Assembly: GCA_937877605.1 (NCBI GenBank)
Contig: CALFJA010000086.1
Coordinates: 4,384 to 68,383, forward strand
Direction of reading: 5' to 3'
Length of the DNA: 64,000 nt
From: an uncultured Prevotellaceae bacterium
GTDB lineage: Bacteria; Bacteroidota; Bacteroidia; Bacteroidales; Bacteroidaceae
In this document: piece after piece, positions 10,270 to 19,213 of the stretch
How the letters are laid out: each line of letters opens with the position of its first letter
How positions within the stretch are numbered: the first letter of the stretch is position 1
Position numbers and translations under genes: made by a program
The notes under the pieces: model-generated
The model's database searches: none
What the model was told of the DNA's origin: nothing
The model's input: the letters and a program-made list of their open reading frames with translations, nothing else

Positions 10270-11454
10270 CTACTGATTATTCTGTTGCTGCAGTTTTTTC
10301 CAGGCTTTCTTGGTGATTAATTTGGGAATCTTCACTTCGTCGCCGGCCGAAACCGAGGTCTTTCCGTCGTTCACGGCTTCCACATAGCATTCCATCCCCT
10401 CTCCAAGATGGGCTTTGCAGATTCCTTTGAACGTCTGACCCGGGAGGACCTTTACCGTTTCCTTGATTCCTTCTATGCGCCAGGCACCGGTCTGCACCAG
10501 AGGGTGCTCGTTGTAAGATGCAATCAGTTCCTCCTCCGTAGGTTGATTGGGCTGAACGGGCTGTTCTACAGCGGGCTTTACAACTGCATCATTCGATTCT
10601 GCCGCCTTCTTGGACATTCGGGTCCAATAGAGAAATCCTGCCACTATCAGCACAAGCAGGAAAAGTAAGAGCCACAACCACCAGGGCAAGCGCCTGCGGG
10701 AGTGAGCGACTTCTGTTGGCACTTCCGTAACGGCGGCAGCATCTTCTTGGGGGGATTCCTCTACTGGCTGTGCTGTGTCGACTGGAGGTTCCTCCTCGGA
10801 AGCTACCGGTACAGACTCCTGAGGAGCCGCAGCAGGCTGTTCCACGATGGGCGAAGGTGATTCCACAGGGACATCGGGAAACTCAACAGCCTCGGTTAAG
10901 GCTGACATAATTACGGGAGTTGCTTCAGCGGGAGCAGTTGAAACTGGCTCTTTCAGGGAAACCGTTTCTTCTGCCACGGGGGACTCAACCAAATGTTCAA
11001 CTTTCGGTTCTTCCTTCAACACATTAACTGCATCTGCCTCTTCCGATGGCCCAACAAATTGTTCTTCACTTTCTAAGTTTTCATCCTCAACGAAATTATA
11101 CTTCTCGTTTACCTCCGAAAAATCCACATCGTCGGCCAATACAGTTGTCTCGAACTGACCGAATGGCCGGTTCACCAAGTCTGCCATGCTCTTGTCGGGG
11201 GTGAAACTTATCTTGTCGCGGCCGTCCAGCACAATGCTTTCACCAGTAGAAACATTCACACTCTTACGGGCACTGACACTCGTTATCTTGAAAGTACCCA
11301 ACTCTTTGATTTTCACTTGACGGTCCGTACGCAGTCCATCATTCAAGACACCCACCAATTCCTTCACAAAGGCCTGGGCGTCCTTCTTCTTCATGCCGTG
11401 GCGCTCTGCCAATACATGGGACAGGGAAAGCAAATCTATTTTACCCATTTTCAT
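10270..11454 (-). CDS. HU/IHF-like DNA-binding domain fused to an acidic Pro-rich linker, a TM helix and a LysM-like C-terminal domain
   Basis: N-terminus resembles HU (DAQAFVKELVGVLNDGL...VKIKELGTFK). TM segment LPWWLWLLLFLLVLIVAGFLYW. C-terminus VKVLPGQTFKGICKAHLG...GDEVKIPKL. Confidence 0.6.
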   Translation of the reverse strand: MKMGKIDLLSLSHVLAERHGMKKKDAQAFVKELVGVLNDGLRTDRQVKIKELGTFKITSVSARKSVNVSTGESIVLDGRDKISFTPDKSMADLVNRPFGQFETTVLADDVDFSEVNEKYNFVEDENLESEEQFVGPSEEADAVNVLKEEPKVEHLVESPVAEETVSLKEPVSTAPAEATPVIMSALTEAVEFPDVPVESPSPIVEQPAAAPQESVPVASEEEPPVDTAQPVEESPQEDAAAVTEVPTEVAHSRRRLPWWLWLLLFLLVLIVAGFLYWTRMSKKAAESNDAVVKPAVEQPVQPNQPTEEELIASYNEHPLVQTGAWRIEGIKETVKVLPGQTFKGICKAHLGEGMECYVEAVNDGKTSVSAGDEVKIPKLITKKAWKKLQQQNNQ

Positions 11455-11734
11455 TTCCTCCCGACTTTAACTGCTGTTTGATGGATGTGATGGGACGGAA
11501 TTGCAACACAAGTTTTGGCGGTACCAGCATGCGCTGACCGGAAGATGGATTGACCACGATTCGCTCCAAGCGTTTCTTGATTTCAAAAGTGCCGAAATTT
11601 TGCACGGAAAGGTTGTTTCCTTGCTCGAACTGATGTCCCATTTCGGCAATCAGCGTACGGACAATCTTTTGCGCCTGGGCCTGTGTGTAGCCCGTCCGCC
11701 GTGACAATTCGGTGATAAATTCTTTGTTGTTCAT
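11441..11734 (-). CDS. HU family DNA-binding protein
   Basis: 97-aa ORF: MNNKEFITELSRRTGYTQAQAQKIVRTLIAEM...FGTFEIKKRLERIVVNPSSGQRMLVPPK. Confidence 0.85.
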   Translation of the reverse strand: MNNKEFITELSRRTGYTQAQAQKIVRTLIAEMGHQFEQGNNLSVQNFGTFEIKKRLERIVVNPSSGQRMLVPPKLVLQFRPITSIKQQLKSGGNENG

Positions 11735-11768
11735 GGCAACAATGTTCTTGTTTATAAATATGTATTAG

Positions 11769-13061
11769 TTAAATTTTCTCTGCAAACAAATCAAATTGGC
11801 AGGCATCGACTACGCGAACCTGACAGAACTCACCCACCCTGCAGTCGGCAGTAATAGGAATGAGCACCTCGGGGTCCACCTCCGGTGAGCTATCCTCTCC
11901 ACGCGCTATGAAGAACTCACCTTCTGACCGGTCGACTATCACCTTCATTTCCATACCAATTTTCTGCTCCATCAACTCAGTGCTAATCTGCTCCTGGACA
12001 GCCATGAGTTGGTCAAGCCTGCGCTGCTTCTCACTTGCTGGGACATTGTCCTTATAGTGCTGTGCGCTGTAGGTGCCTTCCTCCTCCGAATAGGCAAAGG
12101 CTCCCATGCGCTCGAAGCGTACAGTCCGCACAAAGTCGAGCAGTTCCTCAAAGTCTTCCCGCGTCTCTCCCGGGAATCCCACCATCAGGGTGGTTCGAAG
12201 GGTAATGCCCGGCAATCGCTTGCGGAGGTTTTCGACGAACTTCAATGTCTCGGCTTTCGTTATATGGCGGTGCATGCGCTGCAACATGTGGTCGGAAATG
12301 TGCTGCAGGGCAATGTCCAGATAGTTACACACATTCGCATGCCGTGCCATCACATCCAGCAACTCATAGGGGAAGTCGTTGGGATAGGCATAGTGCAGGC
12401 GGATCCATTCCACGCCAGGAATCTGCGCCATGTTGTCTATGAGTTCTGCTATATGACGCTTGCCGTCGATGTCGACACCGTAGTAGGTCAGTTCCTGCTC
12501 AATTACCTGAAACTCTTTCACACCCGCTACCACCAACTGTCTCACCTCCTCGAGGATTTCCTCCATGGGACGGCTCACATGCTTGCCCGTAATCAAGGGG
12601 ATGGCACAATAGGCACAGCGACGGTCGCAGCCTTCGGCTATCTTAAGGTAGGCATAGTGACGGGGCGTTGTTATGAGCCTTCTGGGCGTTACATCCTTGA
12701 CGGCCTTACCCAAGTCGGACAGAAGTTCCTTGAAGTTGAATTTCCCATAGTATTTGTCCACCTGCGGAATTTCTTTCTCAAGCTCCTCACGGTAGCGCTG
12801 CGAGAGGCAGCCCATGACAAAGAGTTTGCCTATGCGTCCTTCCTCCTTTGCCTGTGCGAACTCCAGGATGGTGTTGATGCTTTCCTGTTTGGCATCACCG
12901 ATGAAACCGCATGTATTGATAACGACAATCTCTCCATCAGGATGCTCGCTGTCGTGTGTACAGGCATAGCCGTTAGCTTCCAGCTGTCGGAGCAGCACTT
13001 CGCTGTCGACGAGGTTCTTGGAGCAGCCCAGTGTGATGAAGTCTACCTGATTGGAACGCAT
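11769..13061 (-). CDS. rimO: ribosomal protein S12 methylthiotransferase
   Basis: 430-aa ORF with an MTTase N-terminal domain (FITLGCSKNLVDSE), a radical-SAM CDRRCAYC motif and a TRAM-like C-terminus. Confidence 0.9.
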   Translation of the reverse strand: MRSNQVDFITLGCSKNLVDSEVLLRQLEANGYACTHDSEHPDGEIVVINTCGFIGDAKQESINTILEFAQAKEEGRIGKLFVMGCLSQRYREELEKEIPQVDKYYGKFNFKELLSDLGKAVKDVTPRRLITTPRHYAYLKIAEGCDRRCAYCAIPLITGKHVSRPMEEILEEVRQLVVAGVKEFQVIEQELTYYGVDIDGKRHIAELIDNMAQIPGVEWIRLHYAYPNDFPYELLDVMARHANVCNYLDIALQHISDHMLQRMHRHITKAETLKFVENLRKRLPGITLRTTLMVGFPGETREDFEELLDFVRTVRFERMGAFAYSEEEGTYSAQHYKDNVPASEKQRRLDQLMAVQEQISTELMEQKIGMEMKVIVDRSEGEFFIARGEDSSPEVDPEVLIPITADCRVGEFCQVRVVDACQFDLFAEKI

Positions 13062-13093
13062 GGGAGAAAGATGGATTGTGAGGAATTAAGTGG

Positions 13094-14050
13094 TCAGTCT
13101 TGTTTGAACAGTGCGTCGACAAAGCGCTTCTTGTCGAAGAGTTGCAGGTCTTCGATGCCCTCTCCGACACCGATGTACTTGACTGGAACCTGCAGTTGGT
13201 CGCTGATACCGATGACCACTCCGCCCTTTGCCGAGCCGTCCAGTTTGGTGATGGCCAGCGCATTGATTTGCGTCACGGCCGAGAACTGCTTGGCCTGCTC
13301 GAAGGCATTCTGCCCGGTAGAGCCGTCCAACACGAGCAGCACTTCATCGGGAGCGGTGTCAACCACTTTCTTCATCACCTCTTTTATTTTCTTCAGCTCG
13401 TTCATCAGCCCCACTTTGTTGTGCAGACGCCCTGCCGTGTCTATCAGTACGACATCTGCATTGTTGGCCTTTGCCGACTGAAGGGTGTCGAACGCCACTG
13501 AAGCAGGGTCGCTACCCATCTGCTGTTTGATGACAGGTACGTCCACACGCTCTCCCCATATGCAGAGTTGGTCGACCGCTGCAGCGCGGAAAGTGTCGGC
13601 AGCACCGATATAAACGCGCTTTCCGGCATCCTTGAACTGATGGGCCAGTTTCCCAATGGTGGTGGTTTTGCCCACTCCGTTCACTCCGACAACGAGGATG
13701 ACATAGGGCTTGTGATCCGCCGGCAAATCCCAGCCGGACATGTCAACGGTGTTGTTCTCTGCCAGCAGGGCAGCAGTCTCGTCGCGAAGGATGCCGTTCA
13801 ATTCGTTGGTGGTTACATATTTGTCGCGAGCCACACGCTCCTCTATGCGGCGGATAATCTTCAGCGTGGTGTCAACACCGACATCGCTGGAGATGAGAAT
13901 TTCCTCCAAATCATCAAGCACCTCGTCGTCAACCGTCGATTTGCCGGTCACTGCACGGGCTATTTTGTCGAAAACACTTTGTTTGGTCTTCTTGAGACCT
14001 TCGTCCAGGTGCTCTTCCTGTTTCTTATTGAATAATCCGAAAAATGCCAT
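13094..14050 (-). CDS. ftsY: signal recognition particle receptor
   Basis: 318-aa ORF with GVNGVGKTTTIGKL, DTAGRL and TKLDG SRP-GTPase motifs. Confidence 0.9.
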   Translation of the reverse strand: MAFFGLFNKKQEEHLDEGLKKTKQSVFDKIARAVTGKSTVDDEVLDDLEEILISSDVGVDTTLKIIRRIEERVARDKYVTTNELNGILRDETAALLAENNTVDMSGWDLPADHKPYVILVVGVNGVGKTTTIGKLAHQFKDAGKRVYIGAADTFRAAAVDQLCIWGERVDVPVIKQQMGSDPASVAFDTLQSAKANNADVVLIDTAGRLHNKVGLMNELKKIKEVMKKVVDTAPDEVLLVLDGSTGQNAFEQAKQFSAVTQINALAITKLDGSAKGGVVIGISDQLQVPVKYIGVGEGIEDLQLFDKKRFVDALFKQD

Positions 14051-14682
14051 AATCTGATAATTTGCTTTGCAAAAGTATAAAAAATCTCACAAATATGTGC
14101 GAACTGCCGGCAAATTAATTGTAAAAAAATCAATTCTTTGAAATCTCTGTAATAAATAATAATAACATCATGTATTAAAGCAAGTTAAGTAATTATTTCT
14201 ACAAAATGCTTTAATAAAATTAGATAAGGGGAAGAAAAAATCAGCATGAAAAATCCGCAAAAGAGATGTTAAAATTTGTTTTTCAAGGCCGTTCCCCCTT
14301 ATTTTTCTGCCGATTTCACCGATATTTTTCCCTGTTTTTCGGCTTTTCTGACTGCATTTTCCATTGTTTCGCACGCCAAAAGAGTCCATTTCGCATTCCA
14401 AGACCTATCCTTTTATGGTGCAAATGGGCTCCTTTCGGAACGCGCTCTGCCGTCGGACTGTCCTATTGTAAAGACAAATTTCTGATTATCAGGCGCTTAC
14501 GAAAAGTGCCCAAATTCTTCAGGATTTGGGCACAACAGTGGTATCAATCACAAATTATTGATTCTGGAGACACTTGTTTTTTTCAGTTATCGGACATCTG
14601 CATTACAAATTTCATACGATGCACCCTTCCCATATTTTTTCGGGATGCTGCACAAAGTTTTTTATTTATAAAAAGATTTTAA

Positions 14683-14690
14683 TACATTTG
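14683..14690 (+). promoter_or_regulatory. candidate -7 promoter box TACATTTG for the dicarboxylate transporter gene
   Basis: Matches TAnnTTTG, 29 nt upstream of the ATG at 14719. Confidence 0.4.
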
Positions 14691-14718
14691 CAACAGTTTA
14701 CACATTAAATTTATTACC

Positions 14719-16179
14719 ATGACTTTGACAATGATTGTACAATTGGCTATCGTTTTACTTGCCCTCTGGGTCGGTTCGCGCTATGGCAGCCTGGCCTTGG
14801 GAGCCATTTCCGGCATTGCCCTGGCCATTTTGGTTTTCGGATTTCAAATGAAGCCGAGTTCCCCACCCACCGATGTCATCTACATTATTATTGCAGCCGT
14901 AACCTGTGCGGGCATCATGCAAGCCTCGGGCGGCATGGACTGGCTCATCCAGATTGCCGAGCGGTTGCTCCGCAAGCATCCCGACCGCATCACTTTCCTG
15001 GCTCCCCTTTGCACCTTCTTCCTTACAGTGTTGGTGGGAACAGGGCATGTGGTATACACGCTGATGCCCATCATCTGCGACATCGCCCTGAAGAAAGGTA
15101 TCCGTCCTGAGCGTCCCTGCGGCATCGCAAGTATTGCGTCGCAGATAGGTATCACCTGCTCGCCCATCGCAGCCGCCGTGGTAGCCTTCGTTACCATCTC
15201 TGGCGAGAACGGCTTTGCCATAACCATACCCAAGGTGCTGATGGTCACCATTCCGGCATGCCTCATTGGCATCCTGATGGCATCGTTGGCATCCTACCGC
15301 CGTGGCCTTGACCTGGACAAAGACCCCGAGTTCCAGAAAAAGATTGCCGATCCCGTGCAGTATACCTACATTTATGGTAACAACGCCACGACGCTCGACA
15401 AGGAGGTGTCGAAGGAAAGCAAGTTGGCCGTCTACATCTTCCTCGGTGCGCTGGCAGTGATTGTGCTGTTTGCCATTTTCCCCGGCCTGCTTCCCTCCTA
15501 CAGCAGCATCAAGGCCATTGCAGGTGCTCCCGCCGTCGACCTGGGTAACGGCATTTCCGAGAGTGCCAAGCAGATAGCCGGTGCCGGCATCGTACTCGAC
15601 GGCGTAACGGAACAGGTACAGACCAAGTTACAGATGAACCTGGTCATCCAGATTGTGATGATTTCCGCCGCAGCGCTTATGATTATCTGCTGCAAGGCGT
15701 CTCCCAAGAAAGCCGTCGGAGGCGCCGTATGGCAGAGCGGCATGGTAGCCGTGGTTGCCATCTACGGCATTGCCTGGCTGGCCAATACCTATTTCGACAG
15801 CTACAAGCCCGAGATGCAGGCCATGCTCACCGAACTGGTGACAAAATATCCCTGGGCAATGGCGTTTGCTTTCTTCCTGGTGTCTGTGCTCATCAACTCA
15901 CAGGGAGCCGTGGTTGTCTCCATGCTCCCGCTGGCCTACTCGCTGGGCATTGAGGGCTGGGTGCTGCTCGGTATCATGCCGTCGGTCTACGGCTACTTCT
16001 TCATTCCGAACTATCCTTCCGACATCGCCACTGTCAACTTCGACCGCACTGGCACTACTGTGATTGGCAAGTACCTGCTCAACCACAGTTTCATGATGCC
16101 CGGACTGATACACATCTTCACTTCGACCATTTGCGGCTACGGCATTGCCTACCTCTTCCATGCACTTGGCGTAATCTAA
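14719..16179 (+). CDS. anaerobic C4-dicarboxylate transporter (DcuA/DcuB family)
   Basis: 486-aa polytopic membrane ORF. The N-terminus IVQLAIVLLALWVGSRYGSLALGAISG...GGMDWLIQIAE resembles the Dcu family. Confidence 0.8.
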   Translation: MTLTMIVQLAIVLLALWVGSRYGSLALGAISGIALAILVFGFQMKPSSPPTDVIYIIIAAVTCAGIMQASGGMDWLIQIAERLLRKHPDRITFLAPLCTFFLTVLVGTGHVVYTLMPIICDIALKKGIRPERPCGIASIASQIGITCSPIAAAVVAFVTISGENGFAITIPKVLMVTIPACLIGILMASLASYRRGLDLDKDPEFQKKIADPVQYTYIYGNNATTLDKEVSKESKLAVYIFLGALAVIVLFAIFPGLLPSYSSIKAIAGAPAVDLGNGISESAKQIAGAGIVLDGVTEQVQTKLQMNLVIQIVMISAAALMIICCKASPKKAVGGAVWQSGMVAVVAIYGIAWLANTYFDSYKPEMQAMLTELVTKYPWAMAFAFFLVSVLINSQGAVVVSMLPLAYSLGIEGWVLLGIMPSVYGYFFIPNYPSDIATVNFDRTGTTVIGKYLLNHSFMMPGLIHIFTSTICGYGIAYLFHALGVI

Positions 16180-16194
16180 CCATCATCAAGCCGT

Positions 16195-17118
16195 TTGCGA
16201 ACTCCCATGCTTTCCCGCATCCTACACACCACTGCCCTGCTCTTTGTCTTCGTCCTGGCACAGGCTCAAAGCAAGGGACTGCCACAGAATACCGCCCAGC
16301 TGGCATACATCGGCAAGTACAAGCACATTGCCGTTGAGCAGATGAAACGCTATGGCATCCCTGCCAGCATCACGCTGGCGCAGGGCATTCTGGAAAGCCG
16401 TTCAGGGCTGAGCGACCTTGCCACGAAGGGGAACAACCACTTCGGCATCAAGTGCCACGGCTGGACCGGTGCTACCGTCTATCACGACGATGACGAGCGG
16501 CAGGAATGCTTCAGGGCCTATAGGCATGCCCGGGACAGCTACGAGGACCACAGCCTGTTCCTCGTGAACAGCAGCCGCTATCGTCCGCTGTTCACGCTTT
16601 CGAGAACCGACTACAAGGGCTGGGCACGGGGGTTGAAGGCCTGTGGGTATGCTACCAATCCGCAGTATGCCGACCTGCTCATCGAACTTATTGAGCGCTA
16701 CGATCTCCACCAGTTTGACACCGGCAAGCACCAGCACCACGATATTGGCAATAATGGGAGCAACGATTCCGCCGAGCATCAGATATGGCTGTACAACAAG
16801 AACCTGTATGTTGTGGCCCGTCGTGGCGACACCTTCAAGTCTATCGGCAAGGAGGTGGGCATCTCCTACCGGAAACTGGCGCGCTACAACGAACGCGACA
16901 AGCACGACATGCTTGACGAGGGCGACCTTGTCTACCTGAAAGGCAAGCGTTCAAAGGCTCCCAAGGATTTCAAGAATGTGCCTCACATCGTGCAGCCCGG
17001 CGAGAGTATGTACAGCATTGCACAGAAGTATGGCATCACGCTGAAGTCACTTTACAAGAAGAATGGACTGCAGCCCGACCACAGTATACGGGTTGGAGAA
17101 AGACTTAAAGTATATTAA
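16195..17118 (+). CDS. glucosaminidase-domain peptidoglycan hydrolase with C-terminal LysM repeats
   Basis: ASITLAQGILESRSGLSDLATKGNNHFGIKCH, followed by two LysM-like segments (YVVARRGDTFKSIGKEVG and HIVQPGESMYSIAQKYG). Confidence 0.75.
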   Translation: MRTPMLSRILHTTALLFVFVLAQAQSKGLPQNTAQLAYIGKYKHIAVEQMKRYGIPASITLAQGILESRSGLSDLATKGNNHFGIKCHGWTGATVYHDDDERQECFRAYRHARDSYEDHSLFLVNSSRYRPLFTLSRTDYKGWARGLKACGYATNPQYADLLIELIERYDLHQFDTGKHQHHDIGNNGSNDSAEHQIWLYNKNLYVVARRGDTFKSIGKEVGISYRKLARYNERDKHDMLDEGDLVYLKGKRSKAPKDFKNVPHIVQPGESMYSIAQKYGITLKSLYKKNGLQPDHSIRVGERLKVY

Positions 17119-18386
17119 TGTATATGCAACAGATGTCCCTTCGATTGCTCCGCTGCATGCTGTTGCTGCTTTCTATTGCAGCCGGCCATGCCTTTGCCCA
17201 GGATTTCGGCGATTACTTTCAGGAGAAGACGCTGCGCATTGACTATGTGCTCACCGGCGATGCCAATGAGCAGGAGATCAGTCTCGACTGCCTGAGTTGC
17301 CTTCCGCAGTGGTACGGCAAGCGTTTCCGTCTTGCCGAGACGCCGGTGGAGGGCAACGGGCAGATAAGCGTCTACGACCATCGTTCACATGTGCTTATCT
17401 ACAAGCACAGTTTCTCCACGCTCTTCCAGGAATGGCTTTCCTATCCTGAGGCAAAGACCTGCAGGAAGGCCTTTGAGCATGTGATGCTCATCCCCTACCC
17501 GAAGGACAGCGTGGAGATAAGCATTGAGTTGCGCAACAACCGCAGGGAGGTGGTTGCTTCGCTGACGCATACCGTTTCGCCCGATGACATTCTCATACAG
17601 CCCAAGGGTTACGGTTGTGTCACTCCCTACACCATCGTACAGCAGGCTGCTGACACGCTTCATTGTGTGCGCATCGCTTTTGTGGCTGAAGGTTATCAAG
17701 AAAAGGAGATGCCTATTTTCATGGGCGATGTGGCGGTTGCCGTCGATGCCCTTTTCCAGCACGAGCCCTTCAAGCGCAACCGGGAAGATTTTCAGATTAT
17801 TGCCGTGCAGTCCCCTTCTGCCGACAGCGGTGTCAGCGAGCCGAAGCACGGCAGTTGGAAGGCAACCGCCGTCGGCTCGCACTTCGACACTTTCTACATG
17901 GACCGCTACCTGACGACCCAGCGCATGAAAGTGCTGCACGACCTGCTGGCGGGTACTCCCTATGACCACATCATCGTTTTGGCGAACACCAGCAACTACG
18001 GTGGCGGCGGCATTCTGAACCACTACAATCTCTCCATGACCCATCATCCGAAATTCCGTCAGGTGGTGGTGCACGAGTTCGGTCACAGTTTTGCCGGACT
18101 TGCCGACGAGTATGCGTATGAGTCAGAGCAAATTCCGATGTATCCTCCCGATGTGGAGCCATGGGAGCCGAACATCACCACGCTGGTGAGTTTCGAGGAT
18201 AAGTGGTCTGGGTTCATGGAGAAGGCTGACGGCATTGGGCTGTATGAGGGTGCGGGATATAATCTTAAGGGTATTTACCGTGCCTTCCCCGACTGCCGTA
18301 TGCGTACGAACGAGCATCCGGAATTCTGTCTGGTCTGCCAGCAGGCAATCCAGGAAGTCATCGGTTTCTATACTGGCAAACAATAA
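17118..18386 (+). CDS. M64-family (IgA peptidase-like) zinc metallopeptidase
   Basis: Signal peptide and an HEFGHSFAGLADEY zinc motif. Size and layout fit the M64 family. Confidence 0.75.
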   Translation: MYMQQMSLRLLRCMLLLLSIAAGHAFAQDFGDYFQEKTLRIDYVLTGDANEQEISLDCLSCLPQWYGKRFRLAETPVEGNGQISVYDHRSHVLIYKHSFSTLFQEWLSYPEAKTCRKAFEHVMLIPYPKDSVEISIELRNNRREVVASLTHTVSPDDILIQPKGYGCVTPYTIVQQAADTLHCVRIAFVAEGYQEKEMPIFMGDVAVAVDALFQHEPFKRNREDFQIIAVQSPSADSGVSEPKHGSWKATAVGSHFDTFYMDRYLTTQRMKVLHDLLAGTPYDHIIVLANTSNYGGGGILNHYNLSMTHHPKFRQVVVHEFGHSFAGLADEYAYESEQIPMYPPDVEPWEPNITTLVSFEDKWSGFMEKADGIGLYEGAGYNLKGIYRAFPDCRMRTNEHPEFCLVCQQAIQEVIGFYTGKQ

Positions 18387-18412
18387 CCAATAGCTATTTC
18401 CGAGTCCATCGC

Positions 18413-19000
18413 ATGTCCCGTCTGAGAATGATATTACTTTGCCTGCTAGTTGTTCCGCTGTGTCATGCCCAGATGAAAGACAGCGAGCGATTGGGTATTG
18501 CCATTGAGTATTTCCAGTCGGGCAAGTATCAGGAAGCCCGGAATATTTTGTTGGAGCTGGACAAGTCTTACACCCTCAACCCCCGTTTCAGGGCATACCT
18601 GGGTGTATGCTGTTTCTATGAATGGGACTTCACGAAGGCGGTGGAGGTGCTTGACTCGGTTATTCCTCAGCTCACCACGCTCTCCCCTCAGGAGAGATCG
18701 GTCTACGCCTATGCCGCAGCGGAGAGTCATTTTGTCTTGGCGCACTACGGGGAAGCCATCCCCTACTTTGTTCAGGTATTGTCGCTTTGCCATCCTGACG
18801 AGCGTGGCGAAGCGTATTTCAAGTTGGCCTTCTGCCATCTTTCGGAAGAAGACTATGTGCGCGCCTATGGTTGTTTGGAGCAGTCGTTGAGTTACTACGA
18901 GCGCTACCAGTGCACTCCGGAGCATCAGGGTCGGATGGTTCAGATTCGGAATATGTTGTTGGGCGCGGAAGCGCGTGTAAAGCGTTTGATAAGGGAGTAA
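18413..19000 (+). CDS. small secreted TPR protein
   Basis: 195-aa ORF with a signal peptide and TPR-like repeats (YFQSGKYQEARNILLEL and similar). Confidence 0.5.
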   Translation: MSRLRMILLCLLVVPLCHAQMKDSERLGIAIEYFQSGKYQEARNILLELDKSYTLNPRFRAYLGVCCFYEWDFTKAVEVLDSVIPQLTTLSPQERSVYAYAAAESHFVLAHYGEAIPYFVQVLSLCHPDERGEAYFKLAFCHLSEEDYVRAYGCLEQSLSYYERYQCTPEHQGRMVQIRNMLLGAEARVKRLIRE

Positions 19001-19213
19001 TGGGACACAACCGACGGAGCAGCAAGGGCAAAGAGAACTTTCTCTTTGCCGAGTCGCGACGGAGGAAAAGGCGGCAGCCTTAAATATTATTGAGATCAGT
19101 TCGCTTGGGGATGCGTTTTTGCGTCCCTATGTGGTTTTGAGGTTGTAAGGTTGGAGGTTTGGTTCTTGCCTGTGGCGAGCGCATAGCGAGTGTTTGGGAG
19201 TTGAGGAATGTTT

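Noticed and set aside
14168-14682. Small ORFs in the ftsY/dcu spacer (14168-14401 on the minus strand; 14266-14682 and 14276-14485 on the plus strand).
   Set aside because: They overlap one another in a T-rich, low-complexity spacer. The translations are Phe/Ser/Cys-rich with no signal of a real protein.
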